This document shows positions 39,373 through 51,534 of a stretch of DNA of 64,000 nt, one piece after another. The translations under genes were made by a program, and so were the position numbers. A model generated the notes under the pieces. It saw only the letters and a program-made list of their open reading frames with translations. It was not told the DNA's origin and searched no databases. Positions within the stretch are counted from its first letter, which is position 1. Each line of letters begins with the position of its first letter. This DNA is from Eledone cirrhosa (Eukaryota), in assembly GCA_964016885.1 (NCBI GenBank), contig OZ024742.1:312170001-312234000 (forward strand). Direction: 5' to 3'.

Positions 39373-40872
39373 CTAATCTATAGGTTCGATTTTTGGTTGT
39401 TTGAGAGCAGTATAACTAGGTTTACTGGTATACTTGGCAAGCATTTCATCAACATTAATGTGATCTTCCAATGTTACTTTGTACCCTGGTACCTGTAATT
39501 CCACAGTACCCTTGTCTCCTAAATCCTGCGTAATGCTTACCATTCCATTGAGGGTGGACTTGCCTTTATTCTTCCCACTGCTGGGTACAATAGGCAACTT
39601 TGATATATCTACCTCTATGTCTAAACCATTATAGCCACTAGCTCTGATAAAGGCATTCACCTGGAAATCGTCAATGCCGATGACGTCACACTCATGCTGT
39701 GACGACGCACATCCTCGGTTGTAGCTACTATTCAAAGTCCCTGATGTCATGTGACCACTATTGTCGCAGCCTATAGATCGAGAGCCCTGCCCAGGGAAAC
39801 AGCTGTATTTTTCACGCATTACCAATGCATCCGAGTTGAAACAGGTTGGGGTTTCACACCCACTGGGTGAACTTCCACACATTGGAGCCAGCGACCTGCT
39901 ACAAGATGGAAGCCTCTGTCTATTTTGCAAAAGATCCTGTTGGGAGCGCCGTTTCATAAATGGCATATCCTTTTGAAATGAGTTTGCACCAAAGTCTGAA
40001 GCCATTCTCTGGTGCGTGGAGGAGAGTCCATGAGTTGGCGGCGGAGGGGGAGGCCAGGATGGCGATGGCCGGAGAAGATCAGTGGGACTGGACACAACAG
40101 ATGGTCTTGCAAATGAACCAGGCATCCATGGATACCTGAACGGGTTATTACTACAGCTACCCATCTGAAATGGACTTGGTAAACTTGAGTTGGCAGCTAA
40201 ACTGCTGCTAGGGAACATATTGATTGGATAAGGTCCAGTGTGAGCACCTCCCATATATGGATTCATCCTTGATGGGATGACTGGGTCATGATGCAATGGA
40301 ATTGAGGGCGAACTACCAGTAAAAGCTCTCGAATCAAGATCTGGATGGTGGTACATGGACGAGAGCCCTTGAAAGTCATTTGAAGACGTCCCTGAAGTAG
40401 TTTGCGTTAGGCTGGTTCGGATACTAAGGTCCGTTGGTGTGGCAACGCCAAGTCCTGACTGCAAGTTCAGAGCAGACATAGAAACATTCTCCTTTGGGCT
40501 CATGCTCCGTGGTTTGCTCCTCAAGTAGACACACTTGCGGTAGACACATGTCTGCTTTAAGACATCCCTTCGCAGGCAGTAGTGACAACGGCCGCAGTTC
40601 TGCTTGATTTGACATGGACCACAAATTCCACAGCGCCGCCTCCGTTTCAATTTCACTTTTACATTGTGGTGGTCATGCTCCACTTCCCTGATAATATCCG
40701 GCCCAGTGGGGCTTAAATCACTGTCTACTTCAATAACGTACTCTTCTTCTTCTGCTCCATGGTGATGACCAGAATGGTGATGGTGACCAGCAATATGAGG
40801 GTGGACTGACTCAGACTTCATTTCCTCAGGTCGATGACCACCATGTGACATACTAAGAGGGGCCACTCCAAT
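39373..40872 (-). CDS. Terminal coding exon (499 codons + TAG) of a zf-CXXC zinc-finger protein; may be the only coding exon if translation starts at ATG 40851 (MSHGGHRPEE..., 492 aa)
   Basis: Long, non-repetitive ORF, GC-richer than its flanks. It is preceded by a pyrimidine tract and acceptor (tttttctttctgtttcag|ATT, AG at 40874-40873). It contains CGICGPCQIKQNCGRCHYC-x9-CVYRKC. The first 29 aa of the track ORF translate the intronic pyrimidine tract. ATG 40851 has A at -3. Confidence 0.93.
   Translation of the reverse strand: MGVAPLSMSHGGHRPEEMKSESVHPHIAGHHHHSGHHHGAEEEEYVIEVDSDLSPTGPDIIREVEHDHHNVKVKLKRRRRCGICGPCQIKQNCGRCHYCLRRDVLKQTCVYRKCVYLRSKPRSMSPKENVSMSALNLQSGLGVATPTDLSIRTSLTQTTSGTSSNDFQGLSSMYHHPDLDSRAFTGSSPSIPLHHDPVIPSRMNPYMGGAHTGPYPINMFPSSSLAANSSLPSPFQMGSCSNNPFRYPWMPGSFARPSVVSSPTDLLRPSPSWPPPPPPTHGLSSTHQRMASDFGANSFQKDMPFMKRRSQQDLLQNRQRLPSCSRSLAPMCGSSPSGCETPTCFNSDALVMREKYSCFPGQGSRSIGCDNSGHMTSGTLNSSYNRGCASSQHECDVIGIDDFQVNAFIRASGYNGLDIEVDISKLPIVPSSGKNKGKSTLNGMVSITQDLGDKGTVELQVPGYKVTLEDHINVDEMLAKYTSKPSYTALKQPKIEPID
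40531..40644 (-). other. zf-CXXC domain (RRRRCGICGPCQIKQNCGRCHYCLRRDVLKQTCVYRKC)
   Basis: Eight Cys in CxxCxxC-x5-CxxCxxC-x9-CxxRxC spacing, preceded by a basic run that is also NLS-like (KVKLKRRRR). Confidence 0.92.
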
Positions 40873-42944
40873 CTGAAACAGAAAGAAAAATTGAACGTTA
40901 ATAACGTCAAATAATCTACAAAATAAAATAAAAAACAAAACAAAACAAACAATAAACATACATCAATGTACAATATTTTCTACAACCTTAGCAAAATAAA
41001 GAAATAATAATTCATTTTTTTCTCCATGTTTGAAAACAAAGATGAAAATTCTATTTGGGTGGAAGAATATGATTATAGTTTGTTTAAGGAAATTTGTACA
41101 CTAAATACAATGAGCAGAACCTATTTAACTTTCTGGAGGCTGAATTTCTTTATGAATTGCTTCCTTTGATACTGTCATCATCATCATCATCATCGTTTAA
41201 CGTCTATCTTCCACGCTAGCATTATGTATTATGTATTAAAGAGAGATTACTCTATCGGCGACACAAGTTGCCCTCAGCCCCAAGAAGGTTAATTATATAT
41301 ATTAGGGAAACATAAAAGATAGTGTGTTTAAGACATAGCCTGTCTATAAATAAAATAAACATCTCTGCAGTCATAGGTGTATGGTTAAGGAGTTTGTTTT
41401 GCAGCCATGTAATTTTGAGTTTAGTCTTATTGTGTGGTACCTTGAGCAATGGACTTCTACTATATTTTCAAAGTGACCAATGTCAAGAGAGTGAAATTTG
41501 GTAGGCAGAAACTGTAGAAGTCCATTGTGTGTGTGCGCGCGCGCATCAGTGTTTGTGTCCTGTAACTTAGTGGTTTGCAAAAAAAAAAAAAAAAAAGTGC
41601 CAACTTTGAAAAATAAGTGCAAGGGCCATGAAAAACTAAAACACTATAAATCAGTGCTCCAGCATGGCCACGTCCAATGGACTAGGTCTGATAAATGAGT
41701 ATATGTTTAGTCATAAGAAAAGTCAGGTCTGGAGATCACGTCATACAGATCTATATTTTGACTTGGTTTCTACAGTTGGACATCCTTCCTAACACCAACC
41801 ATGTGTTAACTGGGTGCTTTTGTTATGTCACCAGCGCAACCACCTTACAGTGTGGACTGGGTGCTTTTTGTCATGTTACTAGCACAACCACCTTATAGGG
41901 AGGACTGGGTGCTTTTATTGTGGCACCAATATATATATATATATACATATGTACACAAATATGCATCATCAGACAATGTAAACATAGGGAAAAGACAAGC
42001 TTATCTCTGTTAACTATTATAAGAGGCTCAAATACATTTTTGGCCATTTAAACAATGAAAGACAGATAGTTATGAAAAGGTAACCAGGGTAAAGTATGAC
42101 CAACAAGAGAAAGACATGGGATGTATATATATACATCAATCATTATCACCATTTAACATCCAATTTCCCCACACTGGCATGGGTTAGACAAGTGATCCTG
42201 TTGTGAGCAATGTCAGGTCAGATGACCATGTCTTGCACATACAGAACTGATTTTTGCTTGGTTTCTACAGTTGGATGCCCGCCCTAGCGCCAACCTCATT
42301 TAAGGTGAGTACTTGGTGCTTTTTGTTGTGTCGCCTACATGACCACTTTACAGTATAGACTGGATTTTTTGTTATAACACCAATATATATATATATATAG
42401 TAGTACATCGAAATAGTAAGTGCATTGCAGCAATACAAGTCGAATTATCAATAATACGAGAAATAAATTCCTAGCAACAGAGTGGACTTTTTACAGGGAA
42501 ACACCATGAACAATATTTTGACCACATGTATGCCACGTACAACAGATAACAACAACAACAATAAATACCAAAGGGGAAAGAACAGTTTCTGACACACTAT
42601 ATATATATACAAAGACATATTATTATTATTATAATCTTGGTTTCAGTCCACTGTTGCTTTAGGTATGTTAAGGGGAAAAGATTCTATAAATGGTTTAATT
42701 TTTTTTTTTCCAACTCAACTTCACATTACCTGAAGCTGGGGTTCCATGCAGTGGCAACTGGTCTTGGAGAATCACCAAGTGAAATTCTTGCCTGAGACTG
42801 TTACCGACTACACCTTTGCTGTTTCCACCCCCTGTAAGGAAACTAAAGCAAGTTTTCCATATTAGCTAGGTATGTTGGAAATGTAAATGGCTTTTGTTGC
42901 TTTTGTTCTAGTGAATATTGCTACTACTGTTACCATTATTGATA

Positions 42945-43492
42945 ATAATTGTTTCTACTTTTGGCACAAGGCCAGCAATTACCCAGTACATTACTGGTAC
43001 TTTATTTTATCGACCCCGTAAGGATGAAAGGCAAAGTTAGCCTCGGCGGGATTTGAACGTAAAGGGACGTAACTATGCTGGTAAGCATGTCCGACGTTCT
43101 ACCGATACTGCCAAAATGATATCTAATTTTGGCACAAGGCCAGGCCAGTAATTTGTGGAAAGGGGAAAGTTGACTATATCAACCCAGTACTTAACTGGTA
43201 CTTTTATTTTATTAACCCTAGAAGGACGAAAGGCAAAGTTGACTTCAGCACGATTTGAACTTAGAACGTAGAAAATAGAACTATATACTGCAAAGCATAA
43301 GGCCAAAATTTTGGGGGATGAGAAAGTAAATTAAATCAACCCCAGTGTATTACTGGTACTTTATTCTATCAAACCTGTAAGGATGAAAGGCAAAGCTAAT
43401 CTCAGGATTTGAACTAAGAATGTAAAGGGACATAACTATATGCTGCAAAGCATGTTGTGGTGACACTATCGATATTGCCAATACACCACCCT
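42945..43492 (-). mobile_element. Three head-to-tail SINE family 1 copies
   Basis: Copies at ~42945-43093, 43120-43300 and 43300-43492. Other family-1 copies lie at 1-92, 9890-10200, 13400-13540, 16570-16822, 26410-26565, 32780-32935, 45780-45925, 47215-47430, 49645-49870 and 53600-53740. Confidence 0.87.
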
Positions 43493-44045
43493 GGAGGATT
43501 ATAACAAAAGATTCAATTGCATAGTACACCAAACTCAGAAATTATACCAAAATATACTGTAAATAAACCGATTCTCTCTATGTCTCAGCATGAACTATAC
43601 AACACACACACAAACTCATACTGTTTTAATTCACACAAACAGACATTTTTTTTTAGTTATGTTCCAAACACCAACTTAATGAGAAAGTTAGTTATATTAC
43701 TAAATCTTTTCAAATTCTCAATTATTAAAAAAAATGATTTGAAAACTATAGGCAGTGTCTTTCATTAAAAATATGGTAATGAAAGGGTTAAACCAATTAG
43801 CAAACGAAACAAATATACAAAAAAGAGTAATAAAGTCTGTAACTCTTAACACCCTGTAATCATATAGCCAAAAATATCTAAAAACAGGTTTCTTAATTTA
43901 AATGTTTATAGTATTTTTACAGGTGGACAAATTATTGTGAGTATTTACAGTAAACTGAAGTAAAGACTAATTTTTACTGTGTTGCAGTCATAGTGCTGTT
44001 TTAAAGACTGAATTTTGTTAATCATGTATAATATACCTCCTAAAC

Positions 44046-44305
44046 CAGTGGTCTCCAATCTTTCGGACCTCATGGACCACTAAATTCATAATTTTACATC
44101 CCGCAGACCACTAATATGAATTTAAAAAAAAAGATAAATATATTTGTAAAATAATGATCAGAGACCTTCCATTTTATTAATATGAAATGCACCTATTAAA
44201 TATACCAAAATTATAAATACTTATGTAATCATAAAAAAATCTTTAATGTCCAAAATTTTCTCTCAGACTACCAGTGGTCTGAGGACCAGCAGCTGGCAAC
44301 CACTG
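44046..44305. mobile_element. hAT (Charlie/Buster-like) MITE
   Basis: TIRs CAGTGGTCTCCA / TGGCAACCACTG; perfect 8-bp TSD tcctaaac. Confidence 0.9.
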
Positions 44306-45482
44306 TCCTAAACTATATTCTGTAAGTCATTCTGTTTACCTTACACTCCACGGAAATAAACAACCCTCAGATGATATGGAGTGGAAGATGTGTGTCTTAA
44401 CACCCTGTAAGTATTCATGATTTTTGATAAATTTTTCAGTTATCTTTTTACATAAGTATGTGTGTGTATCCAGTTTAGAATAGGTACACTGTATCATTGC
44501 ATGTTGTATGAAATAACTAAAAGGGCATTCTGCAGTAACATATTGCCTCATAAAGAATCCTATAATGAGTATGAAGCCTATCATGGGCCCCACAAGGCTA
44601 ACCCTGATTTAACAGGGAAAATGGCTTTAAAACACTCAATGTTGTATTTTTACATGGGTGTTCCTATCTGTTGATTGAGATTGTTAACATTATTTTGAGG
44701 ACACAATGTCACTGTTTCCTAATTAAAGTGATTATCTGACTATATCCAATGGAATTATGTTTCCACGAGAATTCAGTAGAATTTGGTCAGAAACACAAAA
44801 AAATAGCAATGAAGCATCAGGTGAAATGAATAAAAAATGTCTACTTCTTTTTCTCTCTCCCCATCTTCCTCATATTTTAGTGAGACCAGTCTTTCAAATC
44901 ATAGACAAAAAAAAAAAAAAAAAAAAAAAAAAGTAATGAATATTTTGGATGCCTGCTTTCTTGCAGCCATAGTGTTTTGACAACAGATATCAAATATTTC
45001 TAAGTTTCTAGATGATATAACACCTGGAATTAATTGGTGCTTGGTAAGAAAATAACGAATTTATAGATTATACAGAATTTACAACATACATATTACAGAA
45101 ATAAAGTAAATAGTGGATCTAATAGAAGGGAATACAAATATTTTATCTGGTTTTAAGGGAATTAGTAGGTAACAAAAAAGAAAAACATACTATATTCCAT
45201 CAAAACCTGATTTATCAAATCATAAAAAGAAAAACAACAAAAACCCCAAAACAAATATAAATTAAAAAAGGAAAGAATTTAAACCTTGAAGTAACATTTA
45301 TCAATATTTGTTTCTTTCTAGAGAAAAATATTTCTTTTTAATTTCTTCCACGTAATTCATTATTCTTTACTTCATAATGAGATATGTATCCCGGTTTTAA
45401 GAAGAGGTACACTGCATGCCATAAAATATGACTAAAAGAGTTGGTATCAGGATGGGCATCTGGCTGTAAAACTGTGTCTCAA

Positions 45483-45805
45483 AACATCATGCCTAACCTA
45501 TGTCAGCATGGAAAAGTTCATGTGAAAATTATGATGATGATGCTGTGTCTGCCATATTTTTGATAAACTATATATACATATAGATGTATGCACAATACTG
45601 TGTGTGTGTGTCAATATAGGGGGAACTGGCAGTCTTTGGAACATAAACATCACGCCTAACCCAAGCCAGCATGGAAAAGTGGATGTAAAAATAATGATGA
45701 TGCTGTGTCTGCCATATTTTCTATAAACCATATATATAATATGGATATATGTACAATTCTGTGAGTGTTAGTATAGGGGGAATTGGCAGAGTCTTTGGAA
45801 CATTA
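45483..45805. repeat. Tandem duplication of ~165 bp
   Basis: aacatca.gcctaacc...tagggggaa.tggca..gtctttggaacat occurs twice. Confidence 0.85.
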
Positions 45806-46315
45806 AATAGAATGCTTTGCAATATTTATTCTAGTGCTCTATACTCTGAGTTCAAATCCCACTAAGGTCAAATTTGCTTTCCATCCTTTCAACATTGATA
45901 AATAAAACACCATTCAAGTAGAGGAACAGTTTATTCCTCTATATATCTTAATCAATTTATCTTTCTCTCTTGCTTTCTTTTGGGGAAAATAAAAATCAAC
46001 TGTGTTTAGACCTAGAAAGGGATGATGGCTGCCACCTAGTTTAAATGTCACAATGGTGTCTCTACAACTCTATCAGGAACTCAAGGCCCATAGATGGATA
46101 TATATATAGTATGTTCAATTTTTATGTGAAGATGCGTTCATGAATGTGGCACATAAAGCAGATTCGTGTAATTCAAGTCTAATATTTCGGATAAATAAAA
46201 AAAAAAAAAATTCACACGTTATAGCACGTTATTCATGCAAAGTGAATATTTAATAATACTTCAAGATACGTTAAAGCAAATTTGCATACTTCAAGTTCAC
46301 GTAAAAAGCAAACAG

Positions 46316-46373
<58 letters not shown>

Positions 46374-47681
46374 ACAGACTGTATATATGTGTGTGTGTGT
46401 GAAAAAGTTTACTTTATCATGTGGTTCAAAGCTAGGTTCCTCCCACTGTGTAACACCTTGGGCAAGTATCTTCTACCATAGCCTTAGGGTAACCAACATC
46501 TTGTGAGAGAAATTTGTTAAATGGAAACTATATAGAAGCCTACTGTGTGTGTGTGTGGAGGGGTTTGGGGTTATAGTGCTGTTAAATCAGTTTACTAAAA
46601 AATACCTTGTGGTATTTATTATTCCTTATAAGTTATACATTTATGTCTAAGGAGAACTTAGCAATTCAACACATTGAGTTTGATAAAATAAGTACCCGAA
46701 AAAGTATTGGGATTGAAAGATTCAACTAAAAACCTTTGAAAGTGGTGTCCCAGCATACCCATAGACCAAAAGGATAAAAGCAGCTACAAAATCAAAAAAG
46801 AAAAAAAAAAGAAAGAAAGAGACAAACCAAACATAGATTGATAGATAGATTTAGATAGATAAATAGATAGATAGGCAAGAAAATAGGTTTGTTTGTGTTT
46901 TCTGCATGAAAATGAGCCAAAGAAATGTTTGTGATATGCAGGTACAGGGAACGATATTGAAGTAGTTTCCTAAAATATATTTAAAATTCTGCCCTAGCAT
47001 ATATCTATTAAGCTCATGATAAGATGGTTCCAGACTCAAATTCATAAATTGTGATGATGATGATCATTGTGGTCATTGTCATCATCATCATCATCACCAC
47101 CACAGTTTGGCTGCAGAAGTAGATAGCCACAATCTTCCTCCACAGATTTATAAAAAGTTGTGGTATTGTAGTCAGATTATTTGCTGTGAAATTAATGGAA
47201 TTCAAATTACTATGTAGAATTCGACCTCAGAACACAAAATGCCAAAATTGATAATGCGAGGCATCACATCCGATGCTCTAACAATTCCACCAATCCACTG
47301 CCTTAGAGACTAGTACTTCGTTTTACAAACCCCCAAAAAGATAAATGGCAAAGCTGACCATAACAGAATTTGAACTCAAAACGTAGAATGCTGGAACAAA
47401 TGCCACAAGATATTCTATCTGCCAATTTGCCACCCAACATGATTAGACATTTCCAATTTAGCATTTCTCTGGTGTTCCAATTTCTAATCTTAAGAGCATG
47501 TCTATGTCATCTGTCTAGGCTTAGTGCAATATTCCCATCCATCATACATAATGATTTTATAATAGAAAAAAACTTGATGGGTTTATCTTTATCTTTCAGA
47601 GGATGACAAACATATGTAACATTTCATGGGAGGGTGGATTATCATAGCATGATGTAATCCTTTTTTTTTGTTTTGTTACAA

Positions 47682-48115
47682 TCTAAACTATAATAAAGGG
47701 AGGAGTGCGGGACAGCGTCCAGAATATATTTTTTATCCCGTTTGTAAAATAAGTTGGATTACTTTGAATAAATAATGAATGAATATTACATAATTTATCT
47801 ACTAAATTTTGTTATTCTTGATTAAATATAAGTAATTTTGTCGCTTATTTTAAGATTCACTTCTTTAAAATTTTCAAATGTCAATACTTACGGTTAGCGA
47901 TCTCTTAAATAAACAGTCATATATTTCCGTCAATGGATTACATTACTGATTACATAAGACAGTGTAACGCAGTCTTCGTTCAATTTCTGTGTATATTGTC
48001 AATTACGATTTTATTTCATGTATCATATCTACATGTATATATACTTGCGTATAATATCAATATGCAGACTACACAGGCTAGCAGAAAACCACCCAATGGG
48101 TGGTTTTTCTGCTAG
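47682..48115 (+). mobile_element. Complete non-autonomous Helitron (434 bp)
   Basis: a|TCTAAACTATAATAAAG at the 5' end; ccacccaatgggtgg hairpin + tttttctgCTAG|t at the 3' end; no TSD. Removing it restores an uninterrupted family-B MITE (ttgttacaa|tatttctaatgaaaaatactgtctatgg). Confidence 0.88.
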
Positions 48116-48971
48116 TATTTCTAATGAAAAATACTGTCTATGGTTTTCAAATAATTTTGAAAATAATCTTTAAAAAAAAAAAGAGCGGGGTAAATAGAAT
48201 AACTAACTTTCTCATTATTAAGCTAGTGTTTTAAAATTATTATTACATAAAATTATGGTGGAAAGCTTTTAGATAAATATAACTACTTTAACATAAACAG
48301 TTCAATATCACAAAACCAAGGATGGTTTTAGACAGTTTGATATCAAAAGGGTTAATTATATAATTTACAATGGAGAAATGACTGTACACCTGTACTAGTA
48401 TTGTGTACAGGTGCAGAACCTAAGACAGGTATCAACTTCAATTATGAGACTACATCTATTTCCAAAAGTTTAGTTAGTGTTAAAATATTTAATGTTATGG
48501 GCATTAAGAATGGAATTAAACATAGTTAGTGAAATGATGAGAAAAAGACACAAGTTCAGTCACTGATATTTTAGTAAGATGTTTTGAACTAACCCAGCTT
48601 ATTCCAATACAAACACTTATTTAACTGCCCCTGGTTCTAGGATACAAAAACGTTTCTTTTGAAGTGTTTATCATCATCATCATTATTATTGTTTAACATC
48701 TGATTTCCCTGCTAACAAGGGTTGGGTGGGTCTACATAGACCAAGTCAGTATGAAGCAAGACTACTGACCTCCCAGACAGGTTGTGGAGTCTGCATCTCA
48801 CTTATCTATAAACCTTTCGCCATAATTGTCTGTAAGAACTTTTGTTAAGCTATGCTCCAAACATCAACTTAATAATATGAAAGTTAATTATATTGCTAAA
48901 CTGCTCTAAATTCTTGATTACTTTCAAAATTATTAGAAAATCACAGGTATTTTTTTAAAAATAGAAATATG

Positions 48972-49134
48972 CAAGCCTGGTTTAGCCATTAAGCAAAATA
49001 AGCATATGCTTATAGCATCAAGGGAAGAGACACCATTTTATTAAAATCAAATGCATTTGATATTCCAAAATTTATATATGAAGACACTAAAATCTTAAGT
49101 GCTAAGGGCCTCAAAAGGGCTTAATCCAATGCTG
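48972..49134. mobile_element. Probable hAT MITE nested in a family-B MITE
   Basis: Interrupts family B at gaaatatg. TSD gaaatatg / gaactatg; degenerate TIRs caagcctggttt / aatccaatgctg. Confidence 0.6.
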
Positions 49135-51234
49135 GAACTATGTTAACGAAAGTTTTAAATCCATGCCAAATGCAACAATGTATAATAATTAGTTTTTTTC
49201 TTTCTTTGTGAGAGAGAATTTGATCTTAGAACTCTAAAACCACAACTGCTTATCAATTTCTTTACAAGTTTACTTTTACAATGTGTGACAGCCATCAATC
49301 AAGAGAACCAGGTCAAGAACAATGGTGAATTATAAGAGAAATATATGGAGAGATGTGATAGGAACTAATCCAACATTATCCACTCAGCTATTGAAACACT
49401 TCAATCAACCATTAAAATAAGATAACTTTTTTTTTCTTTTAAAATTCAATTGAACAGTTCACATTTTCTTTTTGTTCATTGGATTTTGTCTGAACAAGAA
49501 GTTTTTCAAAGCTAAAGCTTAAAGACAATTCTATCAAATTATCAAGAGAAGAAAAAAATGCTTTAAGATCAGAAGAGATTTGATTCTACTTAATAACAGA
49601 TACCAAATCCCTTCAGATCACACAACTAAAATAATAATAATAATAATTTCTTACATTGTCACAAGGCCACAAATATGTAGAGGAGGGGTATAGTCGATTG
49701 ATTTGACCCCAGTACATAACTGGTGCTTATTTTTTTAAATCAAGATCAGAGGGATGAAAGGCTAACTTGATTTCCAGCAGGATTTGAACTCAGAACATAA
49801 AAGGACACAACCAAATACTGCAGGGCATTTGGTCTGATGCTCTACTATTTCTTTGCCACTTCATCACCCTAAATATAAACAACAACAACAATCATAATAA
49901 TAATAATAATAATAATAATGATGATAATAATAATAAGGATGATAATAATAATGAGGATGATAATAATAAGGATGATAATAAAAATTATAATAATAATCTT
50001 ATGAATTATCGAAGCACTGGGAGTTTGAAACTTGAAAATTTGAGAGTCCAGAACATAAAAAATAACTGTAATAACAGTTGATCAGTATAGATAATAGGTG
50101 AGAAAATTGGGTGAATAACCTTTGGAGATACGAAAAAGTGGATCTAGGTGCCTCTGTCCACATTTTCCCATCTTTAGCTGTATGTAATTCAGCCAATTTT
50201 CTCATCTATTATCTATAGTTGTTCGATTCTTTTACAGTTATTTTCTAAGTTTGGGACTCTCACATTTCCAAATAATAAAAATAGTAATGAAAATAATAAA
50301 CTTGTAAATTATATCCTTAAAAAATACTTTAATAGTATAAAAAAAAAAACTACAAAGAAACCAGTTAAAGGAAATATAAATATATATATATATAAAGTAA
50401 GACTTTATTAGAAGAAGAAAATGAGGATTTTAAGAGGGTAAGAGAAAGTAAAGACAGGCAAACAGGCAGACAGACAATAGCTGTATAGACATGACTGACA
50501 AAGGGATCCAGCTTTGTGCAGCTGATAATGTTAATGGATTGAGTCAAGGATTGGAACTATGACTGTCAAGAGACAAGATGACAGATTACAAATATTGTTA
50601 GCAGTATCCTTTTGTTAGCTCTGTGTAGTGTGTGTGATGTAATGTGTGTGTATGCTGTGATGTGTGAGTGTGTGTGGTATATGGTATGTGTGTATGTGTG
50701 TGTGTGGATGATGTGTGATGTGTGTGTGCATAGTGTGTATGGTATGATGTGTGTGTGATATAGTGTGATGTTTGTGTGTGTGTGTGAGTGATAGTGTGAT
50801 GGGTGTGTGTGTGGTGTAGGTGTATGTGTGTGGTGTAGGTGTATGTGTGTGGTGTGGGTGTGAGGTGTGTGGTTGGTGTATGTGTATATGCAAGCTCCTG
50901 GTCTGTCTTCCTCTTTGCACGTGTACAGAATAAAAATACTAAACGGAAAATGGCAGCAATTTCGAAGAATAATGGTGGTGGTGGTGGTGGTGGTGGTAAT
51001 GATGCAGGAGGCAGTGGTGACAACCCCGACAATGGTGGTGGTGGTGGTGGTGGTGGTGGTGATGGCAGGGGACCATGTTGGTGCTGGTTGCAGTAGTGGT
51101 CATAATGATATTACCACCACCACTGGTCTTCAAATTTATGGTGATTGCAGATTCATCATGGCAAGAATATATTCAGTCCACAGATAAGTCACCTTGCTGG
51201 TTTATAGACAAAGAACAACCATTCTAGGACAATA

Positions 51235-51382
51235 CTACCACCAACATCACCACAACCAGTGCCACCATTATCAACACCATCAGCATCAACATCACCACAA
51301 CCAATGCCACCATAATTAGAACCATCAGCACCAACATCACCACAACCAATGCCACCATTATCAACACCATCAGCACCAACTA
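51235..51382. repeat. Trinucleotide-derived minisatellite (~48-bp unit, 3 copies)
   Basis: ccaacatcaccacaaccaatgccaccattatcaacaccatcagca is repeated. Confidence 0.85.
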
Positions 51383-51495
51383 TCATAAACAACATTACCA
51401 TCACCAAGAATATTTTACTTTTACTATTCTTGCCTAACACTCAAAAACTAAGACACTAACTGACAAAGTGACTTTGACAAAAAGATCTCCCCCTT

Positions 51496-51534
<39 letters not shown>

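Noticed and set aside
39373-40872. Assigning the symbol TET, CXXC4/5, CXXC1, MLL or MBD1
   Set aside because: Only the finger is similar. The ORF terminates without the diagnostic partner domains, and orthology cannot be established without a search.
40873-40959. Hydrophobic N-terminus MFIVCFVLFFILF... read as a signal peptide or TM segment on the CXXC protein
   Set aside because: It is the translated T-rich intron end upstream of the tttcag acceptor and starts at a non-ATG codon.
47682-48115. CpG-rich stretch as the native promoter/CpG island of the CXXC gene
   Set aside because: Fully explained as a Helitron with TC/CTAG termini inserted into a MITE.
50598-51440. Poly-Pro/His/Gly ORFs and the GADGVDNGG-repeat ORF
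   Set aside because: Products of (GGT)n, (GT)n and (CCA/TCA)-derived repeats that stay open in several frames; no convincing exon structure.
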